From contig OZ024763.1 in NCBI GenBank assembly GCA_964016885.1, positions 744,001 through 808,000 on the forward strand: a stretch of DNA of 64,000 nt, written 5' to 3'. Numbering within the stretch: position 1 is the stretch's first letter; every line of letters starts with the position of its first letter. Made by a program: the position numbers and the translations under genes. This DNA is from Eledone cirrhosa. Taxonomy: Eukaryota. This document shows, in pieces, positions 33,123 through 47,248 of this stretch. Below the pieces are notes generated by a model. That model had not been told where the DNA came from and did not search any database. It was given only the letters and a program-made list of their open reading frames with translations.

Positions 33123-33231
33123 TATATAAAAGGCAGTAAGAGGTGACCACTGTTGTTGTGTACTTGTCACGCCTACGAACGACATTGTCAGTTAGCCTTC
33201 TATAGCGAGGAAACAAGGCCGTGGTTTTTTT
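33123..33231 (+). other. TATA-box cassette C (internally shortened)
   Basis: TATATAAAAGGCAG...TAGCGAGGAAACAAGGCCGTGG then T7. Confidence 0.4.
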
Positions 33232-34537
33232 CTCCTATCACAAAACACATACATTTGTTATTCTTTAGATATCAATTTACAAGAGAAAGAAAAAATTGAG
33301 AGCTTCAGTCTTTTAAAAGTAACATTTATTACATTAGAGCAGAATCTTGAATTAACGATAGTTTGTGACACTAAACATGGAAACAATACGAACAATTTTG
33401 AGACAAGCTAATTACTATGAGAAGGACAAATGTATCTATCTTCCACGCCAAGACATTTCTAAAGAAAACTGAAATGAGAAATTGATTGAAATGGAATAAT
33501 TATTGAGACACCTTATAATATTTTTCGGGATATGTCTTACCTTATTTTGAAGAAATGTTTCGGGAAAGAGTTAATAAGCAGCTATATATATATAGATATA
33601 TACATGGCTTGTATATATATCTACTTCAATTATTATATTTGTACAACGAAGGTATAAAAAGGAAACCTGTTTTGGTATCGAATGTTGAGCAAAAACGAGT
33701 TTCTTATACCCCTCACAGAAGAATTGTGAATATGAATTGAAAGATGACTAACCATGTTGAAGCAAAACAGCGAGGCGGATAATAGAAATAATAAAACATT
33801 CTTTTTCCTAGCGAAATGCTGAAAAATCTAAAACTCTAGATGAATATGTGTGATACCACTGAGAATATTGTTTTGGGCCATGGTCAACTGACATCTGAAA
33901 AAACGGTGAGGCTCTTGAAGCAACCCAGAGAAGAAGAAAACAGAAGACACTAGAATTATTTAGGGATCTGTCTTGTGAAGGAAGATGAGAAACTTTTGTA
34001 AATTTAGAGGAGATAAATCTTAGGGGAGACAAGACAAAAATATAAAGACTATTTAAATATTAGTACACTATTCCATATAAATACCAAGACTTGAAAATAT
34101 CAACATTAGTTCACTATACCAAGGACAAACACATAGAATTACAACTTTGGAGGAGATTAATCAAACGAGTGACATGATAGAAATATTTAAAATACAGAAT
34201 TGGGGAAGAAAATGTAAATAGAAGAGATGACCATTGTACTATGTATAACATAACAATGTTCCTTACATTTATCCCAGGTATATAGAGGGATATTCCGATG
34301 TCCACTGTTTGTCAAATTATGCAATAAGGAAACGACATCATCCAGTAAACCTTAGTAATAATCCAATAACGTCTCAGCTGCCATTTACAGTAGAAAATAG
34401 TAAGAAAATTAAAAGTCACACTCAGCAGTTAATGCAGTGAAAACAAACAATAAAAATATTATTACTAAATAATTATAATTTCTTACTTTCAATAATTTTT
34501 TTCTTAATTAAACACGGAATTTATTTCAAATTTGTCG

Positions 34538-34621
<84 letters not shown>

Positions 34622-35377
34622 TGTTTGTGTGTTTTTGTTTGGCAAATGTCAAGTGATTGACGGGGTGAAGCCGATCGATTAATTTGAACCCATAAAATGA
34701 CTGGTACTCGATTTTTCTTCTCTAAAGTTATAAAATTGTAAATTAATATCGGCAGGATTTTCACCTAGAACACAAAGGTGGTGTAATATCATTTAAAAAA
34801 TTGGAAATTGAGTTATAAATATAAATGTGTGTTCAGGGCTTAGATGTTCAGTGTGTAACAGGGTTATTGGTATTAAGTAACATAAAATGTCGTTAGGAGT
34901 TCAATATTTAGCTGGGGATATAGAATTTCTTTAAATTATTTCTTGTACCAGTAGCGAACTGGGATCGAAACCATTATGTTGTTCGGACAAAAGAAATATA
35001 TAAGCTTAGCTCAATCTAGTTGGAGTTACGGGACATTACTGCAAAGCACATCACTGTAGGTTCCAATCTTACATTGATAAATATATAAAAGTGACATTTA
35101 ACAATTTATTTGTAAGTCGCACACAGGATTTAGATATGACAGATTTGAACTTAGTGAACATTATTGCAGACGAAGTTATTGTAGGTTCAAATCAATACTA
35201 GGACATTAAGAAATAAAATGAATATTTACTTCATGAAAGACCCTGAATTATGAAAGACAAAGTCGACCCTTTCTAATAACAGCAACACTAAGAAAGGCAT
35301 GAACGCCACCACTTCAATTAATCTTCCAAAATCAAAAGTATGTTTATAAATATTAATTTTTTAATATTATTTTGAAG

Positions 35378-35452
35378 CTGTCTTTGTAGCCTAGTGGCAG
35401 GTATGAGAGACGGTTGAGGTCCTGGGCTGGGTTTCGATCTTGGCCAGGATCT
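35378..35452 (+). ncRNA. tRNA-derived two-hairpin RNA, copy 3 (truncated convergent partner at 35460-35487)
   Basis: CTGTCTT/GAGACGG, GCCT-AGTGGC-AGGT, GGTCCTGG/CCAGGATC; upstream TTTATAAATATTAATTTT; no nearby T-run. Confidence 0.6.
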
Positions 35453-36323
35453 ATATAATCACCTACATATAGGCAAACGAGACGGCTAAAAAAATATACT
35501 GAAAATTAATGTATGTAAACCTACTTTCTATTTTAGAAGCTTAATTGACGTGGTGGTGTTCATGGCTTTCTCAGTCTTATTAATCCCACAAACGAGTTGA
35601 CATGGTTTTTACTTTCCTGAAGTTTTTCAGAAAATATATCATGACATTTATTCTTATCACTAGGTTTATTTCATCCAACGACCAGCTGATATCCAGTGAT
35701 GTCCTTCAACTGTCATACCTTGGTGAGTAGATGATGGCCTGAAAATATTGTTTCTAAACAGGCGGCTCTTTAAACTTGTGTTGTGTGTGCAATAACGGTA
35801 TCAGCAACCGATGATCGGATCAGATTCAAGAACTCAACGTCAAGTGTATCGTTCAAAACGCGATACGGTAATATATGTTCTTTTTATCAGCTTCGTCTTT
35901 TATTTATAAACGTTTATGTAGGTACGTGTGTAGATACGTGTACGAATGTGTACCTGTGTAAGCTTGTGTGTACAATAATGTTTGCCCCTCTCACTTTATT
36001 ATTACAACTACTACTATTAATAATTGTAACACTATTATTATTATTATTTTCACACGTCTCTTATCCTCAACACTTGCTATAGTTTTCCTCTTACATGTGA
36101 GATACACGGTTTATTTACTAATCAACATTTACTCGAAGATGTAGTGATGTGTGACGGGACATCGAGCGTAATCCTTAGTGTTAACTTGAGGACACCGTAC
36201 ACCTGTGCACCCGTATATATATATATGTTTATCCCGGGTTCAATCGGCGGTAACCACAGTAAGTAAGGTACTCATTACATAGCAGGGTATAAATACTTAA
36301 TAAATAATATTTAATATAGAAAT

Positions 36324-36376
36324 GGCTTCTACAGGACTAGAACTGTTTCATTCGGAAAAAAATCATCAGGAAAGCC
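36324..36376 (-). ncRNA. Hammerhead ribozyme inside a ~100-bp foldback (36323-36420)
   Basis: GGCUUUC-CUGAUGA-...-GAAA-CAG..CUG-UA-GAAGCC; stem II weak. Confidence 0.55.
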
Positions 36377-38665
36377 CTTGATTTCTTCCGAATGAAACCG
36401 TTCTAGTCCTGCAGGAGCCACACTTACATACCCACACACACGTATGTGTGTATGTATGTATGTATGTATGTATTCATAAGCCCAAGTGTCTATGATGATA
36501 AGGTCCCCCTAGCTTTGTATATTTATATGTCGATATCTATTTCCACATGGCATCTCTGGTCCTCGATGTTGTCACCGCCTGCTTTACGTAGCATCTTAAC
36601 TATCTAATATTTATTCAGAGAGGTTCTCCCTTCATATCGCAAATATTCCTTTCTGACTCACTGAAAACTTGTCTTCCATCATCGAGTAAAAGTGATCTAC
36701 ATAAAGGATCTGTCTGATGTTGCTATGTTTGTATCTAGGGACGTATAGCTTGCGAGGGAGTCTTGGGTACTTTGTAAAAGCTAACTGATCTCATCTCTTC
36801 CCTAGATCTGATCACAGGAGATATTTACCAGAGAAGGAGAGAAAGTAGGAGAAAGGAAGTAAGAAAGAGATATAGAAGAAGAATCGACCCCAGTACTACA
36901 CTGGTACTTCGTTTTATCTCCCTCGAATGGTACCATAGTGGAACATTAACTTTGATGTACCTATATAAGTCATACCTTTTCTATACGTCTGTGTATGTCC
37001 AGGTGTGTGTATGTAAGTGTACGTGGCGTGCAAGTTCGGTTTTCATAAGTATCTCTGTGAAATTTTAACAAGAGCAAGCATGTGTCCTGATGATTAGTCA
37101 ATCGTTTTTAAGCTGGTATATGGTATCTGTTTTTAATATGTATGTATATTTACATAGAATTGAGTAAATATGAATGTATGGGTATGTATATATATATATA
37201 GACAGTCGATCGACCTTCGTCAGATCGGACCGACGAAACAATGTTTTCATTGGTCTTTCCAATTGCTAATAATATCTATCGGTCGAAACTCCAGGTGGAA
37301 ATAAATAAATAAATAAATAAATTAATTAATATGTTTTAATATATAATAAAACAAGGACGAATGGGTACACCTTCATTACGTTTATTGGTTCGTGGCGCGC
37401 GTTTCGCTATTCATCAGCTTAAGGTTCGTTCTGTATCGATCTAGCTCGACTCTGTAATCAATAACTTGTATATATATGTGTGTATGTATATATGAAATCG
37501 CCCATGGGACACCCTGGTGTAATCTAAATACACAGAGTGTGGGGTTAGCTGTTTTTAAATGATTACCCCTCCTCATATTCCCTTGTTTATATACTGTATT
37601 GTAATACATGGCAATCTTAATACTTAATAATATCGAGATGAAAATATAAATGTTAATACAGTATTCCAGAAGTAAAATAGAGATCTAATGAGAGGAGGTG
37701 AGTATTATAACTTTTATAAGAAATAAAGATCTAAAGACGAGTGAAAACTTTCATCAACGAAATCGTAATGTACACCAACGTACAGAATACAGATTATTAA
37801 AATAAAGTTAGAGCAAATAAATGAGAGGTCACTTAACTTTACATATTTAGTTTTATTTATATCGTGAAAAATGTTGATCTTCAGATATTAAATTGTGGAT
37901 GTGATTGTCTTTGTCTTTACGTGTTTGTTGGAAATCCTTTTTTAATGTATGTCTTTCTTTAAACATTGTCTTTTTTAAAAATTAATTTTAGATTATTCGT
38001 ACCTCATCTCTGGTCTCTTTTGATGGAGTCTACCTGTCCTGTTTATTGGTTTTATTTTAAAAGTAATCCATTGGAACATCAGATATTAAATGAAATGTTA
38101 CGTAAAAGACACACCATATGTTTATTCCAGGTATTTAGAGAGATGTCCACTGACAACAAAATAAGGAAATGCCATCATCCAGTAAAACTTGGTAATAATC
38201 CAGTCTAGTCACAGTCACCATTTACAGTAAACAATGGTAAGAACAAACAAAAACAAGAGAACTATTCAGCAGTTAATGAAGTGAATACATAAAATAAAAT
38301 AAAAACATTCCTGAATAAAATAAATTTTTTACTTTCATTAAATTGTTTCTTTACTTTCTTTTATAAAACACACTTATTAATAGAAATTAAGCACAGCATT
38401 GTAGGTTCAAATCTTACTTGCATGTATATATAGGAACCACGTTTAACAATTTACGGGTACAACGTACTAAGCTGGAATGAGGTATGACATTATTGCAGAC
38501 GGAGTTGTTGTAGGTTCAAATCAAGCCTAGAGCAATGAGAAATAAAGTCTAGATTTACTTTATGAATTCAAGGACGTCCCGAAAAAGCCATGAATGCCAC
38601 TACATCGAGTTTTCAACCGAACAAAATGTAGTTTTATAAATATTAATTTTCACTACGAATTCGTA

Positions 38666-38738
38666 CATTCTCTCTGGCCCAGTGGTATGTATTAGAAACG
38701 GTGAAATCCTGGTCTAGGGTTCAATCTCTATCTGGTTC
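38666..38738 (+). ncRNA. tRNA-derived two-hairpin RNA, copy 4 (degenerate 5' stem)
   Basis: Upstream motif, TGGCCCAGTGG, GGTTCAATC. Confidence 0.55.
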
Positions 38739-38836
38739 TACACTATGGGTATTATTAAGTTTTAGTTTACCTCTTCTAAAATAAAAACCATTAAAAAGTA
38801 AGTTTATAAATATTAATTTTCATTACGATTTCATAA

Positions 38837-38910
38837 CCGTCTCAGTGGTCTAGTGGTAGACATTAGAGACAGTGGTGATATTGATTAGGGGTTCGATCTC
38901 TGTCAGGTGT
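38837..38910 (+). ncRNA. tRNA-derived two-hairpin RNA, copy 5
   Basis: CCGTCTC AGTG GTCT AGTGGT AGAC ATTA GAGACAG; GGTTCGATC; upstream motif; T-run. Confidence 0.7.
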
Positions 38911-38996
38911 ACATGAAAACCATGTACAGAAATTTTGTTTTTATAAAAAATTGAAAAAGTAGGTTTATAAATATTAATTTTCACTAAGGTTTATAA

Positions 38997-39070
38997 CCGC
39001 CTCCGTAGACTAGTGGTAAGTATTAGAGGTGATGGAGATGCCGGTCTGGGGTTCGATCTCAATCAGATTC
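38997..39070 (+). ncRNA. tRNA-derived two-hairpin RNA, copy 6
   Basis: CGCCTC/GAGGTG compensated stem; GGTTCGATC; upstream motif; T4. Confidence 0.65.
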
Positions 39071-39129
39071 CTGCAACCTCTATTTTCGTTCATTTTATGA
39101 AAAATTAAAAAAAATTAAATTTCTCGAGA

Positions 39130-39203
39130 GATTCCTGACTGAGATTGAACCCCAGACCAGCATCACCACTGTCCCAACACCTACCAATAGGCTACCGCGA
39201 CAA
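39130..39203 (-). ncRNA. tRNA-derived two-hairpin RNA, copy 7 (convergent)
   Basis: Minus strand TTGTCGCGGTAGCCTATTGGTAGGTGTTGGGACAG...GGGGTTCAATCTCAGTCAGGAATC; upstream motif 39220-39250. Confidence 0.65.
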
Positions 39204-39836
39204 CTACAAAATTACTATCAAAATTAAAATTTATAAACCTACTTTCTATTTAAAAGAAAAATTGATGTAGTGGCCTTCATGGCTTTCCCAATGATATTAA
39301 TTCAAAATGGTTCACTTTCATCTTTATTCTTCGCGAGCTTCCGTAAAATATACCTTATCATTTCTCTAGCGTTGATTTCATCCTACAACCTGATGATCTG
39401 CAGGGACATTCATCAATGGTCATACCCGATTATATATATATGTATGTGTGTGGGTGTGTGTTATATTTGATCCTGCAATGTTGTGCTCAGCAATAATGGT
39501 TTTCAATTCCGTCTTCCCGCCATCCTTGGTGTGTATATAAATCTATATATGTGATTTCAACGTACAACGACAATATATACATCATTTTTGTTTGATAATA
39601 ATTAGATAAAACTAATTCTACAACCCCTCATAAACATTGAAACCACGACTATAAAATATAACAACAACCACGACATAACAGCTTTGGTTAAATATAATTT
39701 AATTAAATTATTGCTAGAGATTGATCCCTAATATTTCTTCTCACTCCTTAACCAGAGAGAAAATGTCCTCGGACTCGGACAATATTGATAAGGAGAGAGT
39801 GTATCCATACTTGGAAAGTCGTTCCAGTTAACATGG

Positions 39837-39929
39837 TATATAAAAGGCAGTAAGAGGTGACTTGTTACTCCTACGAACGACATTGTCAGTTAGCCTTCTA
39901 TAGCGAGGGAAGAAGGCTGTGTGTTTTTT
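39837..39929 (+). other. TATA-box cassette D (internally deleted)
   Basis: Close paralog of cassette C. Confidence 0.4.
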
Positions 39930-40429
39930 CTCCTATCACATAACACATACATTTGTCATTCATTAGATATCAATATAGAAGAGAAAGAAAAAATTGAGAG
40001 CTTCACTCTTTTAAAAGTAACATTTATTACATTAGAGCAAAATCATGAATTAACGATAGTTTGTGACACTAAACATGGAAACACTGCGAACAATTTTGAG
40101 ACAAGCTAATTACTATGAGGACAAATCTTCAACGCCAAGATATTTTTAAAGAAAACTGAAATGAGAAATTGATTGAAATGGAATAATTATTGAGACACCT
40201 TACACTATTTTTCGGGATATGTCTTACGTTATTTTGAAGAAATAAATGTTTCGAGAAAGAGTTAATAAGAAGCTATATATATATACATTGCTTATATATA
40301 TATATATACTTTAATTATTATATTTGTACAACGAAGTTATAAAAAGGAAGCATGATTTGGTATCGAATGTGGAGCAAAAAACGAGCTTCTTGTACCCCTC
40401 ACAGAAGAATTGTGAATATGTATGAATAT

Positions 40430-40910
40430 GAATTGAAAGATGGCTAACCATGGTGAAGCAAAAAAGGGAGACGGATAATAGAAATAATAAAACATTCTGT
40501 TCCCTAGTTAATTGCTGAAAAATCTAAAACTCTAGATGAATATGTATGATACCACTGAGAAAATTGTCAACCGACATCTGTAAAAACGGTGAGGCTCTTG
40601 AAGCAACCAAGAGAAGAAGAAAACAGAAAACACTATAATTATTTAAGGATCTATCTTGTGAAAGAAATGTGAACTTTTGTAAATTTAGAGGAGATAAATC
40701 TTAGGGGAGCAGGATAAAAATATAAAGACTATTTAAATATTAGTACACTATTCGATATAAATGTCAAGACTTGAAAATATCAACATTAGTTCACTATACC
40801 AAGGACAAACACTTAGAATTACAACTTTGGAGGAGATTAATCAAACGAGTGACATGATAGAAATATTTAAAATAATGAAAGCACTTCAAAATACAGAATT
40901 GGGGAAGAAA
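40430..40910 (+). mobile_element. CR1-like ORF2 relic
   Basis: LRITTLEEINQTSDMIEIFKIMK resembles CR1 LTTLEERRLRGDMIEVYKI; paralogs at 33730-34240 and 57990-58270. Confidence 0.7.
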
Positions 40911-41390
40911 ATGAAAATTAATAGATATATAAACCTACTTTCTATTTTCGAAGCTTAATTGACGTGGTGGCGTTCATACCTTTCTCAGTCTTATTAATAC
41001 CGCAAAGGTGTCGACATGTCTTTTACTATTCTGTAGTTTTCAGAAAATATATCATGATTTTATTTTTATCTCTTTAGGTTTAATTTGATGCTATAACCAC
41101 CTGATGTCCTTCAACTGTCATACCTCAGTGTCTAGATGGTGGCCTGGCTTGATGGTTTCTAAACAGATAGCCCTTTAAACTTGTGTTGCGTATGCAATAA
41201 TCGTATCAGCAAATGATGATGGGACCATGTTGAAGCAACGTTATGTGCATCCTTCCAAATTCGATATGGTAAGCTATGTTCTTTTTATCAGCTTCGGCTT
41301 TTATTTATAAACGTTTATGTACGTACGAGTCTAGATAAGCGTACGTATGTATACCTGTTTAAGCTTGTGTGTATATAAGTATTTATAATA

Positions 41391-41676
41391 ATTGTTTCTA
41401 CGTTTGGCACAAGGCCAGCAATTACCCAGTGCATTACTGGTACTTTATTTTATCGAGCCTGTAAGGCTGAAAGGCAAAGTTAACCTCGGCGGGATTTGAA
41501 CTCAGAATGGCAAGAGCCGTAACTCTATACGTCAAAGCATGGCGTCCGAGCCTCTACTGATACTGCCAATCCACCGCCCTCTAAACAACACCTTTCATCC
41601 TTACGGGGTCGATAAAATAAAGTACCAGTAATGTACTGAGTAATTGCTGGCCTTGTGCCTAAAGTAGAAACAATTA
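41391..41676. mobile_element. SINE (-) followed by a SINE tail (+), forming an inverted pair
   Basis: 41391-41580 is a reverse full copy; 41591-41676 is a forward tail. Confidence 0.85.
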
Positions 41677-43143
41677 TAAGTATTTATAATAATGTTGTCC
41701 TCCCCACTTTATTGTGACAACTACTACTATTAATAATTTTAACAATATTTTTATTATTAATTCCACACGTCTCTTATCCTCAACACTTGCTATGGCTTTC
41801 CCTCTTACATGTGATATATACTTACTATATATTTACTAATCAACATTTAATGGAAGGTGTAGAGATGTGTGACGGGACATCTGGCGGAATCCTTAGTGGC
41901 GACATGAGAACTCCGTACACCTGTGCACCCGTATATATTTATGTGTGTGTGTGTGTGTGTGTGTTCATAAGCCCAAATGTCTATGATTATAAGGTAACCC
42001 TATGTGTGTTATGTCGATGTCCATTTTCACATGGCATCTCTGGTCTTCGATGTTGTCGTCGCCTGCTTTACGTAGCATCTGAACTATCTAATATTTATTC
42101 AGAGAGGTTCTCCCGTCATATCGCAAATATTCCTTTCTGACTCACGGAATACTTGTCTAGCATTATCGAGTGAAAGATATAAAAGATATCTCTGATGTTT
42201 CTATGTATGTATGGACCTATAACTTGTGAGGGAGTTGTAGAGGTCCCACATTGACATTCGGGGTGTTCAGGGTATTTTGTATAAGGTGACAGATCCGATC
42301 TCTACCCCAGATAGGTTATGTTTTCCTGAGACGGATATAGAGTGAGAGAAAGGAATTAAGAAAGAGATATAGAAGAATTGACGCCAGTACTACACTGCTA
42401 CTTCGTTCTAACTACCTCGAATGGTTCAATAGTGGAACAAAATCTTTGATGTACCTATATAAGTCATACCAGTTCTATTTTTGTGTTTATGTACATATCT
42501 GTTTCCGTCAGTGTACGTAGAGTAGCAAGTTCGGTTTTCACACGAGCAAGCAAAGCATGTGTCCTGATGGTTTGTCAATCGTTATTATGCTGGTATATAT
42601 GTGTTTTTAATATATATGTATGAGTATTTGCATAGAAGTGTTTGTGTGTATATATATATATATTAAAGAGAAGATATGTATCATAAGAAAAGAGGAGACA
42701 AAAAGTGTGGTACAGTATACTAGACGCCAATAGCCGAAGCGAGGTGTGCTCAATGCTTAAGGTGCAGAGTTAAATATTAAAGAAGGGTTATTATTTAATG
42801 AATATATATGTGTACGTATATATGAAATCGCCCAGGTTGGGAAACCCTGGGGTAAGCTAAATAAAGATGGAGTTGAGAGATCAGTTTTTAAATAATTATC
42901 CCTTCCCAACTTCCCCTTGTCTGTAGACTGTATTCTAAATATTATATAACAACCTTAATACTTAATAATATAGATATGAAAATATAAATGTTAATACAGT
43001 ATTCCAGAAGTAAAATATAGATCTAATGGGAAGAGGTGAGATTAAAGGTAAATGACACCTCTCATTTGCAATATTTTTATTGTATTGTTGTATCTAAGTA
43101 TTATAGATGATTTAAATTTTATTTTGTATAAAAAGAAATATCA

Positions 43144-43333
43144 TTGTTTCTACTTTTGGCACAAGGCCAGCAATTATCCCAGTGCATGACTGGTACTTTA
43201 TTTTATCGACGCCGTAAGGATGAAAGGTAAAGTTAACCTCAGCGGGATTTGAACTCAGAGCGTAAAGGGCCGTGACTCTATGCTGCAAAGCATGGTGTCC
43301 GACTCTCTACTGATACTGCCAATCTACTGCCCT
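43144..43333 (-). mobile_element. Octopod-type tRNA-derived SINE
   Basis: Reverse complement of the 9885 family. Confidence 0.9.
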
Positions 43334-43549
43334 TAAAATTGTATTATATTTCTTATAAAAAGAAATATAATACAATATTTACAGAACGAAAGCAAAAAAC
43401 AAATATATAATATAATATAATATATAAAGGAAAGGGAAAGGAAAAACAAAAGAAAAAAAAACACAGAAGCTAGATGTTTCGACAGCTAGATCCGAACTAA
43501 TTTGTTTGCAACGTTTTTTAATATGAAATCGTATGTCGAAACAAATTAT

Positions 43550-44290
43550 ATTTGGGAAGGGTCATATTGTTATAGTATTGCCAGAAATATATAATAAAAC
43601 AGTTTGGGTTGGGTTGGTTTTGGCTTCCGTATATTCTACATCCCGATAGTTAATTTAGCTGGCAATCAATGTTTATCATTGATTGACCAACTGTTTATAT
43701 ATATATATATTTATTTATAGTCTGAATTCTTTCATCACACACTTGTGACATCATCAGTGATATTATTGTTTCCTCCCGTTGTATTGTAATGTTTACTTAT
43801 TCAATTGTTTATTTATTTGTCTCGATTTCCGAATGTGTTTCTATGCGCGTTTTCTGTTTGGTTTGTGTTCGTGTTTGTATTCTATCTTTGGTCACTAGTG
43901 TGTATTTGTATGGTTGTTGTTGTTCCATTCAAGTTTTCTGTTGTACTTCGGTTTTCTTGGTTCTATTTCAGTTGCTTCCCTAATTCAGGGATTTTATAGT
44001 AGATCCTGGCTTTTCTACCACTTTAATCTTTCTTATGGCCTTTGATTGGTTGTTGTACCATCATTACAATACAACAGGAAGAAACAATAGTATCACTGAT
44101 CTCACAGGTGTGTGACGAAAGAACTCTGGGAGACTATGTATATATATATATATATAAAACTGTTGGTCAATCAATAAAACATTGATTGCTAGTTAAATTA
44201 ACTATAGGGATAGATATAAAATATATGGAAGTGAAATCCAACCCAAACCAAAAAGTGAGTTTTATTATTTCTGGCAATATAATAATATCC
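43550..44290 (-). mobile_element. Penelope-like element 3' fragment with inverted pLTR arms
   Basis: Arms ~43560-43791 and 44060-44290 are inverted; the spacer on the minus strand has a KIKVVEK...IREATEI relic (GIY-YIG end) and a degenerate CUGAUGA...GAAA. Confidence 0.55.
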
Positions 44291-44295
44291 TCCAT

Positions 44296-44346
<51 letters not shown>

Positions 44347-44385
44347 GTGGGGGATATTATATTTCCAGAAATAATAAAACTCACT

Positions 44386-44434
<49 letters not shown>

Positions 44435-44749
44435 ATAATAATAAATTTAAAGACTAAAATCCAAAGAGGGCTCGATAAGGATAAATATATATCAAATATA
44501 TAAGAACCGTAGAGCAAATATTTATTAAAATAACAGATCCCGTTAAGGGTGAAAGCAGCGATTCTTTGCTTAAACTTTAATCTGTTATTTTAATAAATAT
44601 ATATATATATATATATTTGTGTATGTATATGTATTCCCCATTTCTCTTTTTCTATTTATCATCTATTTATTTTTGAAATAACTTTTTATAGTAATGGGCT
44701 AGAATGGTTTGACGTTGTACCTCTGTAGTTAGACGACTTAGATTTTCCA

Positions 44750-45077
<328 letters not shown>

Positions 45078-45446
45078 ACCCTTCTACAACTGCACGCATA
45101 CTGATATCCCCCCCCTGTTCAAAAGCCCCCACACTATCTTCATGCTAGCCCCCCACACACACTCTCGCCATGTTCCCCCCCCCCCCACACACACTATCGC
45201 CATGTTTGCCCCACCACCACACTCTAGCCATGCCCCCCCCCCACCACCACCACCACCACCAGCGCACTCTTCATGTTAGCCCCCCACATACACACACACC
45301 ACACTCTTCATGTTAGCCATATTACCTCCACATTGTTGATGTTAACCCTATATTATCTAAATTAACCCCTACGCAAAAAATTACTCCCCTACTCACACAC
45401 ACACTGTTCATATAACAAATATTGTTTTAATTTTGTAGTGACCCAG

Positions 45447-45624
45447 TCCCGTCCTGGCAACCTTACAGAAGAAGGGGACGTCATTGTTCTGGCTGACCAC
45501 ACCAATACCCACCCATTTGCCCTCTGTCAACATAAACGTAAATATTATCTCTGAGATTGGTCTGGCTGTCTACCATTTCCAGTTTAAACTGACCGGAGAT
45601 GGTAAACAACACTGTATATCTATG
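45447..45624 (+). CDS. Putative exon of unidentified protein: PVLATLQKKGTSLFWLTTPIPTHLPSVNINVNIISEIGLAVYHFQFKLTGDGKQHCISM
   Basis: Unique sequence, open frame, donor ATG|gtaagt; acceptor ambiguous (45438 vs 45446). Confidence 0.5.
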
Positions 45625-45688
45625 GTAAGTATTGATGGTTTATATTAAGGCTGTGTATATGTATGTTTGTGTGTGTGTTTGTGTGTAT

Positions 45689-45915
45689 TTAACACTTTAG
45701 CATTCACATTACTCTATATCTACTATTGTATTTTCACAGTAAAGACTTGATCTCACATAATTATTCACATCGAATCTGAGATTTTGATGATGATATTATT
45801 TACTTTGAAAACAATACCTTAACATCAGTATGTGTGGCTAGTTACGGTCCGTTTGAACAGAAAGAGGTGAGAGAATTCTGGCCAGATATGGCCGGTTTAA
45901 ATGCTAAAGGGTTAA
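45689..45915. mobile_element. piggyBac-like MITE
   Basis: TTAA-C(A)CTTTAGCATT ... AATGCTAAAGGG-TTAA TIRs with TTAA flanks; related fragment at 16685-16754. Confidence 0.75.
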
Positions 45916-46053
45916 ACATGCGTATGTGTTCTCTCTTTCTCTCTCTCTCTCTCTCCCGGTCTCTCTCTCTGATGAGATGGGCTCCACCAGGTTTATAAAT
46001 GCCCAAGGCACACTCTACATCTCTAAGGCGCCCCGACTCCTCCAAGAGTTGGG

Positions 46054-46095
<42 letters not shown>

Positions 46096-46463
46096 GCAAG
46101 TAGAAAGGAGAGAGAACGTGAGATGGGAGACACACATACATGTATGTGTCTCTCCCATCTCAGGTTCTCTCTCTCTTCTACTTACACACAGACACGCACG
46201 CGCGCACACACACACACACAGTCTACAGTCAACACACACACAATCTACATTCTCCCTCCCTTCCTTCCCTCAGCCACAATAACCTTCCACCACAAATACA
46301 GGGTGACCCCCCCCCCAAAAAAAAAATGCATACACATATTTATAAGAATATTGTTGAAGCGTGTATACATTTTGGGGGGACACTCTGTATATGATACATA
46401 AACTAAATAAATAAAACTCATAAATTAACCTTCTGACCCCTGGTGGTATTTCTTTCTTAGTAG

Positions 46464-46606
46464 GAGGAAACAACTGGTCACTACCAAATAGAAATTTATG
46501 TGCCAGAGGGAAGGAGTGATGCTATTGATCAAACACAAGCCAGGAGTATCATCTGCCCCTCTCCTGTACTGAAGGAGTCTACCAGTGTTGATGTTTATAC
46601 CAACAG
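46464..46606 (+). CDS. Putative exon: EETTGHYQIEIYVPEGRSDAIDQTQARSIICPSPVLKESTSVDVYTN
   Basis: tttctttcttagtag acceptor (NAGNAG), open frame, donor CAG|gtttgt; phase-0 start fits the previous exon. Confidence 0.55.
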
Positions 46607-46685
46607 GTTTGTTATATCTATATTATCTATACATATTAGTATATTGGTCAAGTAGTATATTTGATTCTTATATATATATTTTCAT

Positions 46686-47145
46686 ACGTCTGAGTTTTCC
46701 TGCTTGCAAGGGTGGGACGGGTCCTATTCAGCACAGCATCTCTCCATCGTCACTGTCCTTCGTCGTCATCTGTGAGTTTCAGCGATCTGAGGTCAGCTCT
46801 CACCACTCCCGCCCATGATTTTCGTGGTCTTCCTCTACTGCATCTTCCTTCTACTGGGATTTCTTGGCACTTCTTTACCCAGCGGTCATCCTCCATGCGC
46901 ATCACATGTCCATACCATCGCAGTCTTCTCTCCTGCACACCACAACTTATCCCTCTTATACCCAGTTTCTTTTTCAACTCGTCTATACTTGGTCGTTCAC
47001 ACACACTGACATTGCACATCCAACGGAGCATGCTTGATTCATTTCTCTCCAGCCGTCGCATATCCTCCGCAGTTGCTACCCATCTCACACAAGCATCATA
47101 TAACTGGCTTTTCGTTCGTAGGGAGAAACCCTTTGTCAACAGAAT
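46686..47145 (-). mobile_element. RTE LINE ORF2 3' fragment
   Basis: [40 protein letters not shown] plus the RTE tail. Confidence 0.9.
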
Positions 47146-47196
47146 GATATAGAAATGACTTCTACAGGACTAGAACTTTCATTTCAAGGAAATCGG

Positions 47197-47248
47197 GGCT
47201 TTCCTGATGATTTCCTTCGAATGAAATATTTCTAGTCCTGTAGAAGCT
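47197..47248 (+). ncRNA. Hammerhead ribozyme inside a foldback (47147-47259)
   Basis: GGCUUUC-CUGAUGA-uUUC/GAAu-GAAA-UA..UG-UA-GAAGCU. Confidence 0.55.

Larger units (their letters stand above)
27140..43040. repeat. Rearranged tandem/segmental duplication array (multi-kb composite units)
   Basis: 33070-34220 recurs at 39785-40910; 35500-37100 recurs at 40915-42640; older, more diverged copies lie at 27.1-31.2 kb and 31.5-33.1 kb. Confidence 0.9.

Noticed and set aside
37390-37425. Hammerhead-like CUGAUGA...GAAAC on minus strand (also CUGACGA at ~61980)
   Set aside because: Cleavage-site U or GAAA is mutated and stems do not pair; degenerate relics
37966-38208. Repeated ORF KINFRLFV...EMSTDNK (also 60483-60785)
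   Set aside because: Identity reflects recent segmental duplication; no splice signals or recognisable domain
28100-39203. Canonical tRNA genes
   Set aside because: No acceptor stem or anticodon arm and no conserved anticodon; reported as tRNA-derived RNAs instead
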